From a virus: DNA of 47,120 nucleotides. The position numbers and the translations under genes are program-made. This document shows, one piece after another, positions 28,129 through 37,964 of the stretch (positions are counted from its first letter, which is position 1; every line of letters begins with the position of its first letter). The notes below the pieces were generated by a model. It searched no databases, had not been told where the DNA came from, and was given only the letters and a program-made list of their open reading frames with translations. The DNA is taken from the UHGV virus genome UHGV-0008871; one strand, 5' to 3'.

Positions 28129-29523
28129 ATGGCAATTGTTAATATTAACGTGTCGGTGACGAATCCGCCGAAGCCCTCGCAGTTGTTAAAGTCCGGGGCG
28201 ATGATTTCTATGGGCGGCACGACGCTGAATGCCGGTGAATATCAGCTGCTGACCAGTGAAACCGACCTGGCCGACATCCTTGCACCGGCGAAAACCATCT
28301 CGACGCTCGCCTGGGCTACTGGCGTGGTAACCGTCACGCTGGCTGCCGCTCACGGATGGACTAACGGGTCGCAGGTCCCGGTGATCATCTCCGGCGCGAC
28401 TCCGGCGGGGTACAATGGCGCCTATACCGCTACGGTGACAGGAGCCAACACCTTCACCTATCCGCTGACGACCAACCCAGGAACCGCAACGGCAATGGGA
28501 ACGGTAAAAACGGTAGTGCAGACCGAAATTTCCCAGATGAATACTTCGTTCTGGGCCCAGGGTAAAACGCGGGCTGTTTATGTGCTGGAACTGGGCGATG
28601 TGTCCATGGAGGCAGCTGTCGCAGCGCTGACAACCTTCATTGCTGAAGACGTCTCCCTGGGTAACACCTACCAGAAGTTTTTCTCCTATCTGGTGCCGCG
28701 CGAATGGGATTCGGTCGATGAATTTAAAACCCTGACCAGCCTCTATACTTCACCGGGAAGTCTGGTTTACTTCTTTGTCACCACAACGATCGCGACCTAT
28801 GAAGTGTGGACTGCGACGAAATACAAAACTGTCTTTGCCGGCGTCGAGGCTCCGGATATTCCGGCGAGCGAGTTTTCCATGGCCGGCCCGTTCCAGTCAT
28901 CCCTGGCAAACGACCCGGGGTCGAGCAACATGGTGCCGCCGATGTCGTACCGCTTTATGTACGGCCTGACTGAGTATCCGCTGGAAGGCAACAGCGCACT
29001 GCTGAAATCGCTTCAGGACAGCAACATCAACTACATCGGTACCGGCGCCGAAGGTGGCCTCAGCAATAAAGTGCTGTTCACCGGCCGCATGCTCGACGGT
29101 AACCCGTTCAACTACTGGTATTCGGTGGCGTGGACGGCGATCAACCTTGAGCTCGACCTGGCGAATGAAATCATCAACGGCTCCAACACGACCGTTAACC
29201 CGCTGTACTACGAGCAGAAGGGCATTGACCGCCTGCAGCGTCGCGCTCTGAAAACCATGCGTAATGGCATCAGCTACGGGCTGATCCTCGGTCGCGTCAT
29301 CGACACGCAACTGACGCAGGAAGATTTCAACACCGAGTATGACAAAGGCACTTACGCCGGCAACGCCGTGATCAACGCCGTGCCGTTCAGTAACTACAAC
29401 AGCCTGAACCCCTCCGATTACCAGGAAGGAAAATATAACGGGCTGAGCGCCGTCATGACGCCGCGCCGCGGCTTCGAATCCATCACGTTTAACGTGAACG
29501 TAACGAACTTTGTAGGGGCGTAA
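28129..29523 (+). CDS. Tail sheath protein (putative, contractile tail), 464 aa
   Basis: Large protein directly followed by a ~145-aa tube-like gene, a chaperone-like gene and a tape-measure-like gene; assignment by gene order. Confidence 0.5.
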   Translation: MAIVNINVSVTNPPKPSQLLKSGAMISMGGTTLNAGEYQLLTSETDLADILAPAKTISTLAWATGVVTVTLAAAHGWTNGSQVPVIISGATPAGYNGAYTATVTGANTFTYPLTTNPGTATAMGTVKTVVQTEISQMNTSFWAQGKTRAVYVLELGDVSMEAAVAALTTFIAEDVSLGNTYQKFFSYLVPREWDSVDEFKTLTSLYTSPGSLVYFFVTTTIATYEVWTATKYKTVFAGVEAPDIPASEFSMAGPFQSSLANDPGSSNMVPPMSYRFMYGLTEYPLEGNSALLKSLQDSNINYIGTGAEGGLSNKVLFTGRMLDGNPFNYWYSVAWTAINLELDLANEIINGSNTTVNPLYYEQKGIDRLQRRALKTMRNGISYGLILGRVIDTQLTQEDFNTEYDKGTYAGNAVINAVPFSNYNSLNPSDYQEGKYNGLSAVMTPRRGFESITFNVNVTNFVGA

Positions 29524-29526
29524 AAA

Positions 29527-29964
29527 ATGGCGAACCCATTAGTACCGCAGGGCTTTCTTAACCGCGTACGCGGGGCTCTTTCCGTCACGGATACACCGGC
29601 GCTGAACGTTTCGGCGTCGTACCTGGCAAAGGACGGCATTAGCCTACGTCCGGATGGCCCGGCGACCGACATCATCCCTACGATGACCGGAACCGTCGGC
29701 AGCCAGGCGCCGTATCAGCAGGTAACGCTGACCGTGCATCTCCTGAAAACTCAGGGGCTGGGCGAAAGCTACCGGCAGCGCTTTTTAACCGACACGTCGC
29801 TGGGTGAAATCGTGGTGACGCCGGATGCAACGACGTTCGGCAATATCACGCTGCTCAACTGCTACCTGGTCAACTTCAACGAGCTGGCTTTCAGCGGGAT
29901 GGACCCGGCTTTTGTGGTAACCATCAGCGGCTATATGGTTACCAACGACAACATGTGGGTGTAA
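29527..29964 (+). CDS. Tail tube protein (putative), 145 aa
   Basis: Size and position after the sheath-like gene. Confidence 0.5.
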   Translation: MANPLVPQGFLNRVRGALSVTDTPALNVSASYLAKDGISLRPDGPATDIIPTMTGTVGSQAPYQQVTLTVHLLKTQGLGESYRQRFLTDTSLGEIVVTPDATTFGNITLLNCYLVNFNELAFSGMDPAFVVTISGYMVTNDNMWV

Positions 29965-29967
29965 CGC

Positions 29968-30540
29968 ATGAAAATTGACAAGAAACTGAATCTGGTCACC
30001 AGCGTTACCCGCGAAGACGGCTCGATCGTATATCTGCACGTGACGCCGTTCCCCTATGAGGTGGTGGAAGAGCACTGCATCCTGCTGGGGAACCTGTTCA
30101 CCAAATTCATCTCGCAGGTTGGTGGTCTTGGCGCCGCCAGAATCGCCGCGATGATGCTGAGGCAGAGCCTGAAAGCGGAAATCGATAACGGTCGGACAGG
30201 CCCGAACATCGTTGATGAAATTCAGCGACTGACGGTCGTTATCCATAACGTCGGCGGCCAGTGGAAAACCACGCCTCTTGAGGTGGCATTCAAGCAGGGG
30301 GTTATCGACCCTGATGAGTATCGCGAGGTCGAAGGCGAAGTGGTTTTTTTTATGGTTTCCTCTGCTATTCAGAAGGCAAACCTGATCGCGCCGACCGTGG
30401 GAACGGTGATCAAAATGTACGATGGGCAACTAACCTCATCGAGCGTTACGGCGTTCCGCGATTCGTTGCAGACGTCGAAGCCGGATACCGATACCCCGAC
30501 CCAGAATGCCCAGCCGGAAACGTCATTTATACCCTCTTAG
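29968..30540 (+). CDS. Tail assembly chaperone (putative), 190 aa
   Basis: Position between tube and tape-measure genes. Confidence 0.4.
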   Translation: MKIDKKLNLVTSVTREDGSIVYLHVTPFPYEVVEEHCILLGNLFTKFISQVGGLGAARIAAMMLRQSLKAEIDNGRTGPNIVDEIQRLTVVIHNVGGQWKTTPLEVAFKQGVIDPDEYREVEGEVVFFMVSSAIQKANLIAPTVGTVIKMYDGQLTSSSVTAFRDSLQTSKPDTDTPTQNAQPETSFIPS

Positions 30541-30597
30541 ACTGGGCGTCTAATGAGGGCTTCTGGCAGGTGATAAGGGAGATCACCGGCGAGGAGT

Positions 30598-32481
30598 ATG
30601 CAAGCCCGGCGCAGTACCGGCAGCGCTACCTCCTCGCCGCGCTCAAAGAAAGAGGTTTCTTCAATGGTAGCTAAGTCGATCGTCGACATTGACGTAAATG
30701 ACGACAAGTTTGTCGCGTTTATGGAAAAGTTTCGCGAATACCAGAGCGCGCTGGATGATTTACCGGAAGCCTGGCGGGTAGCTGCCGTTGGTATTGGCGA
30801 AAGCAGCAAGCAGACCGAAAAAGCCAAAGGTGAGGCGAAGGAGTTAGGCGCGGAGTTTAATGCCGTGGCCGAGGCCATCCTGACCATCAACAGCGGTATC
30901 GATCGGCTCAATACCAACCTGGAAGACTCGAAGAAAAAGCAGGACGAATTCAACAAAAGCACCCGATCTGCGAAGGGCTTCCTCAGCGATGCGACGAAAG
31001 ACGCTAAATCGCTGGCAGGGCATATCAAGGAAGCGACGGCCAGCCTTCTGTCCTGGGGTGGTATTGTCGGGATATTTACCGGCGTCCTGGGCGTTGGCGG
31101 CCTGTTTGGCATCAACCGGCTGGCGGCCACCACCGGCGCCCAGCGGTTTACCTCTCTCGGGCTCGGGACGAGCATCGGCGCACTTGATTCCACCGCCATA
31201 AACTACCAGAAAGCGCTGGGTAATCCGGCGGGTACGCTGGGCGCTATCCGCGATTCGCAAATGGACCTGTCGAAGCGCTGGACGTTTCAGGCGATGGGGA
31301 TTAACAACCCCGACCAGGACCCGGCCAAACTGCTCCCGCAGATGATCCGTAATGCGCGCGATATTTTCGTGCAGAGCGGCAGCACGCTGCAGGGCGCACA
31401 GGCGCACGGCCTGACAAACTTCTTTACGCTGGACGACCTGAACCGCTTCAAAAACATGAGCGATGAGGAGATCACCGCCATGGAGAAGCGCGCGCAGCAG
31501 GATGCGCGTATGTTGCAAATTACCGACCAGCAGGCGCGTCAGTGGCAGGATTTTAACGTCCAGCTCGATTACAGCAGCCAGAGCATCAGAAACACGTTTG
31601 TGCGCGGCCTGGGGCCTCTCACACCTCAACTGAGAAAACTGTCTGATGCGCTGTCAGGCGCGATCGATACCGTCCTGAAATCCCCCGAACTCGGCAAGTG
31701 GATTGATGCGCTTGCCGGCGGCATTGAGCGATTCGGTAATTACCTCGCTTCTCCTGAATTTTCCACAGATGTAAGCAACTTTATGGACAAAGTAGAGAAA
31801 ATGGGAAATCTAATTGGCAAGGTTATTGATTGGGTAACAGGGAAAGCGAGTATCTCTACTGCGGATATATCATCCGGGTCAACGATGTTGAGCCAAAGCA
31901 CCATCATCGATCCGAAAACGGGAAAATCCTATACTCCTGGAAGCAATGATGACCCGCATGTATGGGGCTGGCTCAAGGGTGTTAGGCGCTTCTTTGAAGA
32001 TGGAACCGTTAAAGCTGTTGATCCCACACCTGCAAATACTTCCGACAGAAACAGGACTATTGCAGATCGATTTAATAATCCGGGAAATCTGCGGTGGGCT
32101 GAAGGATACAGCAGCGAGAATACGAGAAGCGGTAAATTTGCCGTCTTCCCAACGCTGGATGAAGGCGTACTGGCGGCGACAAAGCAACTTCAAATGTATG
32201 GCGCTAAAGGAATAAATACGGTAGGAGATATTGCAAGAAAATGGGCTCCTCCTAAGGAAAATAATACCGCTGAGTATATTCGGCATGTGGTTAAAACTAC
32301 TGGATTTAATGAGAATCAGAAACTGAATCTCAATGATCCTCAGGTTATCGCGAAACTCATTTCTGCTATATCTCAAAAAGAAGGGGCTGGTAGCAGAGTT
32401 TCTGAGAGCACAGTCATTCAGATCTATAACAATACCGGTGGGAATGCAGTGGTAACTTCAGCGCAATTGGGGGCGAGGTAA
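30598..32481 (+). CDS. Tape measure protein (putative) with lower-GC C-terminal domain; alternative start at 30664
   Basis: Long Ala/Gly-rich helical protein with a Gly-rich hydrophobic segment (GGIVGIFTGVLGVGGLFG); C-terminal ~200 aa are clearly AT-richer. Confidence 0.6.
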   Translation: MQARRSTGSATSSPRSKKEVSSMVAKSIVDIDVNDDKFVAFMEKFREYQSALDDLPEAWRVAAVGIGESSKQTEKAKGEAKELGAEFNAVAEAILTINSGIDRLNTNLEDSKKKQDEFNKSTRSAKGFLSDATKDAKSLAGHIKEATASLLSWGGIVGIFTGVLGVGGLFGINRLAATTGAQRFTSLGLGTSIGALDSTAINYQKALGNPAGTLGAIRDSQMDLSKRWTFQAMGINNPDQDPAKLLPQMIRNARDIFVQSGSTLQGAQAHGLTNFFTLDDLNRFKNMSDEEITAMEKRAQQDARMLQITDQQARQWQDFNVQLDYSSQSIRNTFVRGLGPLTPQLRKLSDALSGAIDTVLKSPELGKWIDALAGGIERFGNYLASPEFSTDVSNFMDKVEKMGNLIGKVIDWVTGKASISTADISSGSTMLSQSTIIDPKTGKSYTPGSNDDPHVWGWLKGVRRFFEDGTVKAVDPTPANTSDRNRTIADRFNNPGNLRWAEGYSSENTRSGKFAVFPTLDEGVLAATKQLQMYGAKGINTVGDIARKWAPPKENNTAEYIRHVVKTTGFNENQKLNLNDPQVIAKLISAISQKEGAGSRVSESTVIQIYNNTGGNAVVTSAQLGAR

Positions 32482-33191
32482 TGGGATTCACACGTGAAAT
32501 GTATAAGCTGGGTTTTGAAATATCCCCAGTAATACTTTGCGGAGGGATAGCACAGGCCATTCCTGGAGGAATGCTCCCGATCGTCGCTTTGACGCAGAGC
32601 TCGAGCTTTGTTACGGGACTGCTTGGAGGAGCCATAAACCTAACCGATCTGGATAAATATTTCTGCCACTGGCGACCGGTTCAGGGCGCCACAATGGTTG
32701 ATTATGAAATTGCCAGATACCCTTTCGCCAACCAGGTAGTAGCTGCGAACGCCTTGCTTGCTCAGCCTTTGCGCGTTTCGTTGGTAATGGAGGCCCCGGT
32801 CAATGAAAACACCGGGGCGATGACAAAGCTCGTCACTATGAGTGCTTTGCAGTCTGTCCTTCAGGCGCATTCTAACTTAGGCGGCACGTTTATCGTCGCC
32901 ACCCCATCCGTTATCTATAGCAACTGCATTTTGCGTGTAGTGAGGGACATTACCTCTGGTAACGATCCATTACCACAGCGTTCATGGATATGGGATTTCG
33001 AGCAGCCACTGATAACCGATAATGGTGCAGAGCAGGCCGTGAACAATTTTTTAAACAAGATTGGCGCCGGGGATATGGTAACCGACCCATCCTGGACTAA
33101 TACCGCCAATGCTCTTGGCAACACGCCACTCGGGAGCTCTGTATCGGAAGCAATAACCGGCCTATTGGGTAAGTTGGGGGTAGGGCCATGA
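32481..33191 (+). CDS. Hypothetical tail/baseplate protein (236 aa)
   Basis: ORF in the tail operon. Confidence 0.45.
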   Translation: MGFTREMYKLGFEISPVILCGGIAQAIPGGMLPIVALTQSSSFVTGLLGGAINLTDLDKYFCHWRPVQGATMVDYEIARYPFANQVVAANALLAQPLRVSLVMEAPVNENTGAMTKLVTMSALQSVLQAHSNLGGTFIVATPSVIYSNCILRVVRDITSGNDPLPQRSWIWDFEQPLITDNGAEQAVNNFLNKIGAGDMVTDPSWTNTANALGNTPLGSSVSEAITGLLGKLGVGP

Positions 33192-33466
33192 CAACCCAGA
33201 ATTATCCGTTTACCGGCAATGATCGTCAAAGCATGACATTTACACCGATCCTTGATGGTACCGTCTATAACTGCCAGGTTAAATGGAACATTGCCGGGCT
33301 GAGGTGGTATGTCCTCATTACAGATGGCTCTGGGAATACCATTCTAAATACCCCGCTCGTTGGCTCCGAGCTTAACGGTGGAATAAATATTATCTCCGGA
33401 GTGTTTAATTCGTCCTCCATGTACTGGCGCGAACAGAATGGACTGATTGAGGTAAACAGTTCATGA
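33188..33466 (+). CDS. Hypothetical small tail protein (92 aa)
   Basis: Translationally coupled ORF. Confidence 0.4.
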   Translation: MTTQNYPFTGNDRQSMTFTPILDGTVYNCQVKWNIAGLRWYVLITDGSGNTILNTPLVGSELNGGINIISGVFNSSSMYWREQNGLIEVNSS

Positions 33467-34500
33467 GATATTATGATATTGAGATAACCATTCCTGCTGA
33501 AGGTGCCTCTCCGGAAAGAACGATAAAATACAGTAGCCATAAGAACGGAGTTTACAACCCCGGCGCCCTGATGATTGAGTTTGATATCCTCAGGTACGGT
33601 GAATCGACTCCCCAGGGCGAAACTCACCTGACCATCTGGGGTATTGGCCCAAAAGAAATGCAGCAGGCTCGCCAGAATTTTTTTGGCAAAAAAATTAAAA
33701 TATTCCTTGGGATGAAAGACGGGCTGCCATTGGCTGGCAAGGTTACCGCACCAAAACTGGTATTGGATGGCGTGATAAATCAGGTCTTTGGTAACTGGCA
33801 GGGTATTGAGTTACGACTTGACTTCATAATCGTGGTTGGTCCTGTCCAGAACGTGCCAAATAACAAACCCGTACCCCTTCCTTTAACCTTTGACTGGAAG
33901 GAGGGGCAGAAGCTTTCTGTAGCCCTCACGCAGTGTTTTATGAACATCAGAGGGTATACGTTCAATATCAACATAAGCGACCGGCTAATCCTTAATCATT
34001 ACCGGGGGCTGTTTTGTGATGACATTGTCACCCTGGCCAAGGACCTTAATGCTTTTTCACGTTCCAGAATTCGCGATAGCGGGTACTCTGGTGTAGAGAT
34101 CGCAATAGTGAATGGTAATGAGATCCGGGTATGGGATAACGATTATGATAACCACCCGGATAAGACTTCTGTTTCCAGCGCCGTAGCCAGAAGCAACAGC
34201 CCAACCCAAATAGATTTCAAGGATTTGATAGGGCAGCCGACATGGGTGGCATTTAACACAATCAGCATGGCGTGCGTAATGCGCGGTGATATTCAGGTTG
34301 GCGATCACATCCTGATGCCTAAAAAAAGCACTCCGTTGATACAGGCCTCTTCGTATTCTCAGTATCGAGAAGACTCTGCCTTTACTGGCGACTTTATTGT
34401 GAACTCCGTTCGCCTGTTAGGGAATAGCAGGCAACCAACGGCAGAGGCATGGGTAACAATTATTGAGGCTTCCCCTTTCATTAAGGCAGGTAGTGCATGA
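33463..34500 (+). CDS. Putative baseplate hub / tail protein (345 aa)
   Basis: Position upstream of the spike-like and J-like baseplate genes. Confidence 0.45.
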   Translation: MRYYDIEITIPAEGASPERTIKYSSHKNGVYNPGALMIEFDILRYGESTPQGETHLTIWGIGPKEMQQARQNFFGKKIKIFLGMKDGLPLAGKVTAPKLVLDGVINQVFGNWQGIELRLDFIIVVGPVQNVPNNKPVPLPLTFDWKEGQKLSVALTQCFMNIRGYTFNINISDRLILNHYRGLFCDDIVTLAKDLNAFSRSRIRDSGYSGVEIAIVNGNEIRVWDNDYDNHPDKTSVSSAVARSNSPTQIDFKDLIGQPTWVAFNTISMACVMRGDIQVGDHILMPKKSTPLIQASSYSQYREDSAFTGDFIVNSVRLLGNSRQPTAEAWVTIIEASPFIKAGSA

Positions 34501-35213
34501 GCATCGACAACAAGCTTAATTTTGCCTCAAGCATGAACAGGTTTACTGAAAGAAAGATTGAAAATGCGCTTCAAAAATCAGGGAAAGTTCTTCCGGCGAG
34601 CGTGGTTAAGCAAACTGGGAATATGATCACCGTCTCCTTCGAGCTAAGGGATATCCCATATGTTTTGCCGCAAGTGACTATCCCCTTATTTGGCCCTCAA
34701 TATATTCGTTACCCTATGCAGCCGGGAGATAAGGGGATTGTTATCCCCGCAGATACTTACATTGGCGGGGTTAGCGGTCAGGGAGGCGGCATTGCAGATA
34801 TGACTCCGCCAGCAAACTTAAGCGCCCTCGTTTTTTTGCCGATCAGTAATACCGAGTGGCAGGGTGTCGACGGACAGGTGGTGACGGTATACGGTCCGGA
34901 GGGTGTAACGCTGCGCGACAGCGGCAACAACACGACGTTTCTCCTGAAGCCTGACAGCATCGCTATTTCCACACCTGACAGCTTCACCGTCACCGTTGGC
35001 GGGACAGTTTTTTCACTGACCGGTAGCAAATGGAGCCTTTCAGGAGAGGCAGGGCATCTGCAGGATTCAGTGGCCAGTACCAGCCCGGCAATCATGCACG
35101 CCGGATGGCAGTCGCTTCTGGCCTGGCTTAACAGCCATGAGCATTCAAACGGCAACGATGGAAATGATACCGGGGGGCCGACTTCAACGTATAACGGGAG
35201 TATCACCGAGTGA
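34497..35213 (+). CDS. Putative baseplate spike (gpV-like) protein (238 aa)
   Basis: Size and position; Gly-rich beta segments. Confidence 0.4.
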   Translation: MSIDNKLNFASSMNRFTERKIENALQKSGKVLPASVVKQTGNMITVSFELRDIPYVLPQVTIPLFGPQYIRYPMQPGDKGIVIPADTYIGGVSGQGGGIADMTPPANLSALVFLPISNTEWQGVDGQVVTVYGPEGVTLRDSGNNTTFLLKPDSIAISTPDSFTVTVGGTVFSLTGSKWSLSGEAGHLQDSVASTSPAIMHAGWQSLLAWLNSHEHSNGNDGNDTGGPTSTYNGSITE

Positions 35214-35542
35214 GAACCTATGGCCGAAACTCTGAGGGGAAGTGGGTCCTGGTGGAAACCGACGAATATGGGTTTAATGACTCGGTGTATTTGACGACCC
35301 TGATCCAGAATCTGAAACTGGCGCCGCAGGAGTCGCCATTTTATGCGAACAACGGAATCCCGGCCGCCGGGTCGGTGATCCAGCAAATCCTGCCGACGTA
35401 TTACGTAAACCGTATTCAGAAACAGTTCAGCCAGTATTTTTCCTCGCTGCAGATTGCGCTGATCAGCGACGACCCGCCTGTTTATAACATCTCGGCAATC
35501 ACAAATGCAGGTTCAAAAATAATTACACAGGTGGCCGTATGA
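35210..35542 (+). CDS. Putative baseplate wedge protein (110 aa)
   Basis: Small ORF immediately before the J-like gene. Confidence 0.4.
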   Translation: MRTYGRNSEGKWVLVETDEYGFNDSVYLTTLIQNLKLAPQESPFYANNGIPAAGSVIQQILPTYYVNRIQKQFSQYFSSLQIALISDDPPVYNISAITNAGSKIITQVAV

Positions 35543-36957
35543 GCGATTTACCAGTCAGCTATACGTCAGCAGGCCCGGTTCCTCTGACGCCGGAAGAGCT
35601 ACGAGCACAGCTCGTTTCTCAGGCAATTGCGCTATCTCCGGGACTCACAACTGATTTGCCTGGATCTCTGATTGAGGACGTGGCCAGTACCGATGTCGGC
35701 GCGCTCATCGTTTGTGATCAAGCAAGGGTTGACCTGATTAACTCGGTGGGGCCACTAAAGGCTAACCTGGCCATGCTGGAGCTTCTCGCACAGCAGGCTG
35801 GTATTCCTGGGCAGAAAACGGCTGGCACAACAACAGTCCCGGTTCAGTTTTCCGGCCCCGCGGGATTTGTTATCCCACAGGGGTTTATTGTTTCTGATGG
35901 GACCTATACCTATTCAGTCAGTGATGCGACGATTATCTCGTCGTCTGGAGTATCTGCCAGCGTATCATGCGAGGGAACGGAGACCGGGACCTGGGCGGTG
36001 CCGGTAAATACGGTTAACCAGATCATATCCAGTCTACCGTCTGACGTCACCATCACCTGCACCAACCCGATCGCCGGCACTCCGGGTGCTGACCCGGAAA
36101 CGAACTATCAGTTTCGTGATCGCGTATGGCAGGCGCAGATGGCCACCGTTCAGGGATATCCTGGATTTATCCGGCAATATCTCACCAGCCTTGATAACGT
36201 GCAGGCGCGCCTGGTTTCTGTCATTCAGGACGGGGATAAATGGATAGTCATGTGTGCCGGCGGTGATATTTACGATATTGCTGGCGCGCTCTATAAGTCT
36301 GCGGGGGATATCAGCCGGCTGAAAGGGTGTTCACTGAACGTAACGGGGATCACGAATGCAAATCCTGGTGTCGTCAGCACAGACCTGACTCATGGTTACA
36401 CTGACGGCCAGGTTATCCGGATCACTGGCGTTACCGGGATGACGGGTATTAATGACGTCCCTCTGACCGTGACGGTACTGTCTCCTCACACGTTTTCCAT
36501 CGGGATTGACACCACGTCATCCGGGACCTGGGGAGGCGGCGGCGAGGTGACACCGAACGTCAGAAACAATACCGTGACGGTGAATGACTGGCCTGATAAC
36601 TACGTGATCCCGTTCGTGACGCCATTGCTGCAGCGGGTCACTGTGACGTATCAGTGGGGGACAGAAAGTGTTAATTACCTGACAGATGCCACGGTCGCCT
36701 CTCTGGTCTCGGCGCCTACGATTCAGTATGTGAACGGCATATTCGCCGGGAAACCGCTGAACGTTAACAACCTGAAAGACGCATTCTTACAGGCGATTAA
36801 CTCGACAATCGACATGGGGCTGATCAGCACTTTAAACGTCGTGGTCACCATCAATGGTGTGATAACACCACCGGATGCCGGGACGAATATCATCAGCGGC
36901 GATAAGTTCAGTTATTTTTATATCGCGTCGGATGGCGTGATCGTAACAGGGGCGTAG
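35539..36957 (+). CDS. Baseplate J-like protein (472 aa)
   Basis: Size and N-terminal pattern typical of baseplate J family; position before the fibre genes. Confidence 0.55.
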   Translation: MSDLPVSYTSAGPVPLTPEELRAQLVSQAIALSPGLTTDLPGSLIEDVASTDVGALIVCDQARVDLINSVGPLKANLAMLELLAQQAGIPGQKTAGTTTVPVQFSGPAGFVIPQGFIVSDGTYTYSVSDATIISSSGVSASVSCEGTETGTWAVPVNTVNQIISSLPSDVTITCTNPIAGTPGADPETNYQFRDRVWQAQMATVQGYPGFIRQYLTSLDNVQARLVSVIQDGDKWIVMCAGGDIYDIAGALYKSAGDISRLKGCSLNVTGITNANPGVVSTDLTHGYTDGQVIRITGVTGMTGINDVPLTVTVLSPHTFSIGIDTTSSGTWGGGGEVTPNVRNNTVTVNDWPDNYVIPFVTPLLQRVTVTYQWGTESVNYLTDATVASLVSAPTIQYVNGIFAGKPLNVNNLKDAFLQAINSTIDMGLISTLNVVVTINGVITPPDAGTNIISGDKFSYFYIASDGVIVTGA

Positions 36958-36958
36958 C

Positions 36959-37663
36959 ATGCTGGACGATATCATCCGGTCGTATATGTATACGCAATAC
37001 AACGACGATGAAAATCTGCGGGCGTTTTTTACTGCGTATAACTCGATGGCGCAGGGCATTTATGACTGGATGGTTAATGCCAACCTGCCGATTTTCATCG
37101 GTGACTACAACACCGGAGATCAGCTCCGGTGGATTGCCCATGGCATCTATGGCGTTTTGCCGCCGGTGATTTCCAGCAGCGATCAGCAGGAGATAGGCCC
37201 ATATAACACCTTCGAATTTAACCAGCTGGCATTCAATGAGTACCGGGTGATTGACCAGTCAAACCAGGTTGTTGTCTCTGATGACCTTTTTAAGCGGATC
37301 ATGACCTGGAATTTTTACAAAGGTGACGGCTTCTATTTCTCTATCCCATGGATAAAGCGGCGTATTCTGCGGTTCCTTTTGGGAGTGAATGGCACCGACA
37401 TTCTCAACGACCAGCGATGGAGTATCTCGATCCAGTTTGTGGATGGCGGTATCGTGATTTCCATCTATAAAGGGCGCCGCATGTTCACGCGGAGCGCTAT
37501 CTACAATGCATCGGCCTATAACTCCAGGAAGTACAACCAGAAGGACACGGCCTTTGTGATCACTGAGGATTTCGAGTTCGCCATTTTTTTCAAGCAGGCC
37601 ATGGATAGCGGCCTGCTGCACATGCCGTTTTACCAGTCAGTCACGGTTGAGATATTTGATTAG
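36959..37663 (+). CDS. Putative baseplate/tail-fibre attachment protein (234 aa)
   Basis: Last + strand structural ORF before the tail fibre. Confidence 0.4.
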   Translation: MLDDIIRSYMYTQYNDDENLRAFFTAYNSMAQGIYDWMVNANLPIFIGDYNTGDQLRWIAHGIYGVLPPVISSSDQQEIGPYNTFEFNQLAFNEYRVIDQSNQVVVSDDLFKRIMTWNFYKGDGFYFSIPWIKRRILRFLLGVNGTDILNDQRWSISIQFVDGGIVISIYKGRRMFTRSAIYNASAYNSRKYNQKDTAFVITEDFEFAIFFKQAMDSGLLHMPFYQSVTVEIFD

Positions 37664-37915
37664 GTTTTTATCTCGATTATCTATTGTTATATACAGATGT
37701 GATTTAACGCTCTGACAAATTATATACAGCACAACTATTGATAAAAACAAAATGGATGACATTTTTATCATATCTATTGGCGGCATTCCTTGCTGAAAAA
37801 GAAATCCAAATAAAATAATAAGCAAGGCGCACGAAAGGAGTATTAATAAAGTAGATAGAGTTCCTAAAAGTATTTTTAAAATAGCAATAGAAGCATTATT
37901 CATAATATTCACCAT
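37637..37915 (-). CDS. Small two-TM membrane protein encoded by an AT-rich reverse-oriented insert in the tail operon (92 aa)
   Basis: Only minus-strand gene within ~25 kb of + strand structural genes; local GC far below flanks; two hydrophobic helices (ILKILLGTLSTLLILLSCALLIILFGFLF and SSILFLSIVVLYIICQSV). Confidence 0.6.
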   Translation of the reverse strand: MVNIMNNASIAILKILLGTLSTLLILLSCALLIILFGFLFQQGMPPIDMIKMSSILFLSIVVLYIICQSVKSHLYITIDNRDKNLIKYLNRD

Positions 37916-37964
37916 TTAAAAGGCCGCGCTTGCGGTTTTTTTATTGCCTAATCCCGGAGGATAC

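Noticed and set aside
29785-31629. Long minus-strand ORFs (214, 220 and 261 aa) antisense to the tail chaperone and tape-measure genes
   Set aside because: They sit in GC-rich DNA fully overlapping co-oriented, translationally coupled + strand structural genes, with no RBS or promoter context and Arg/Ala-rich composition.
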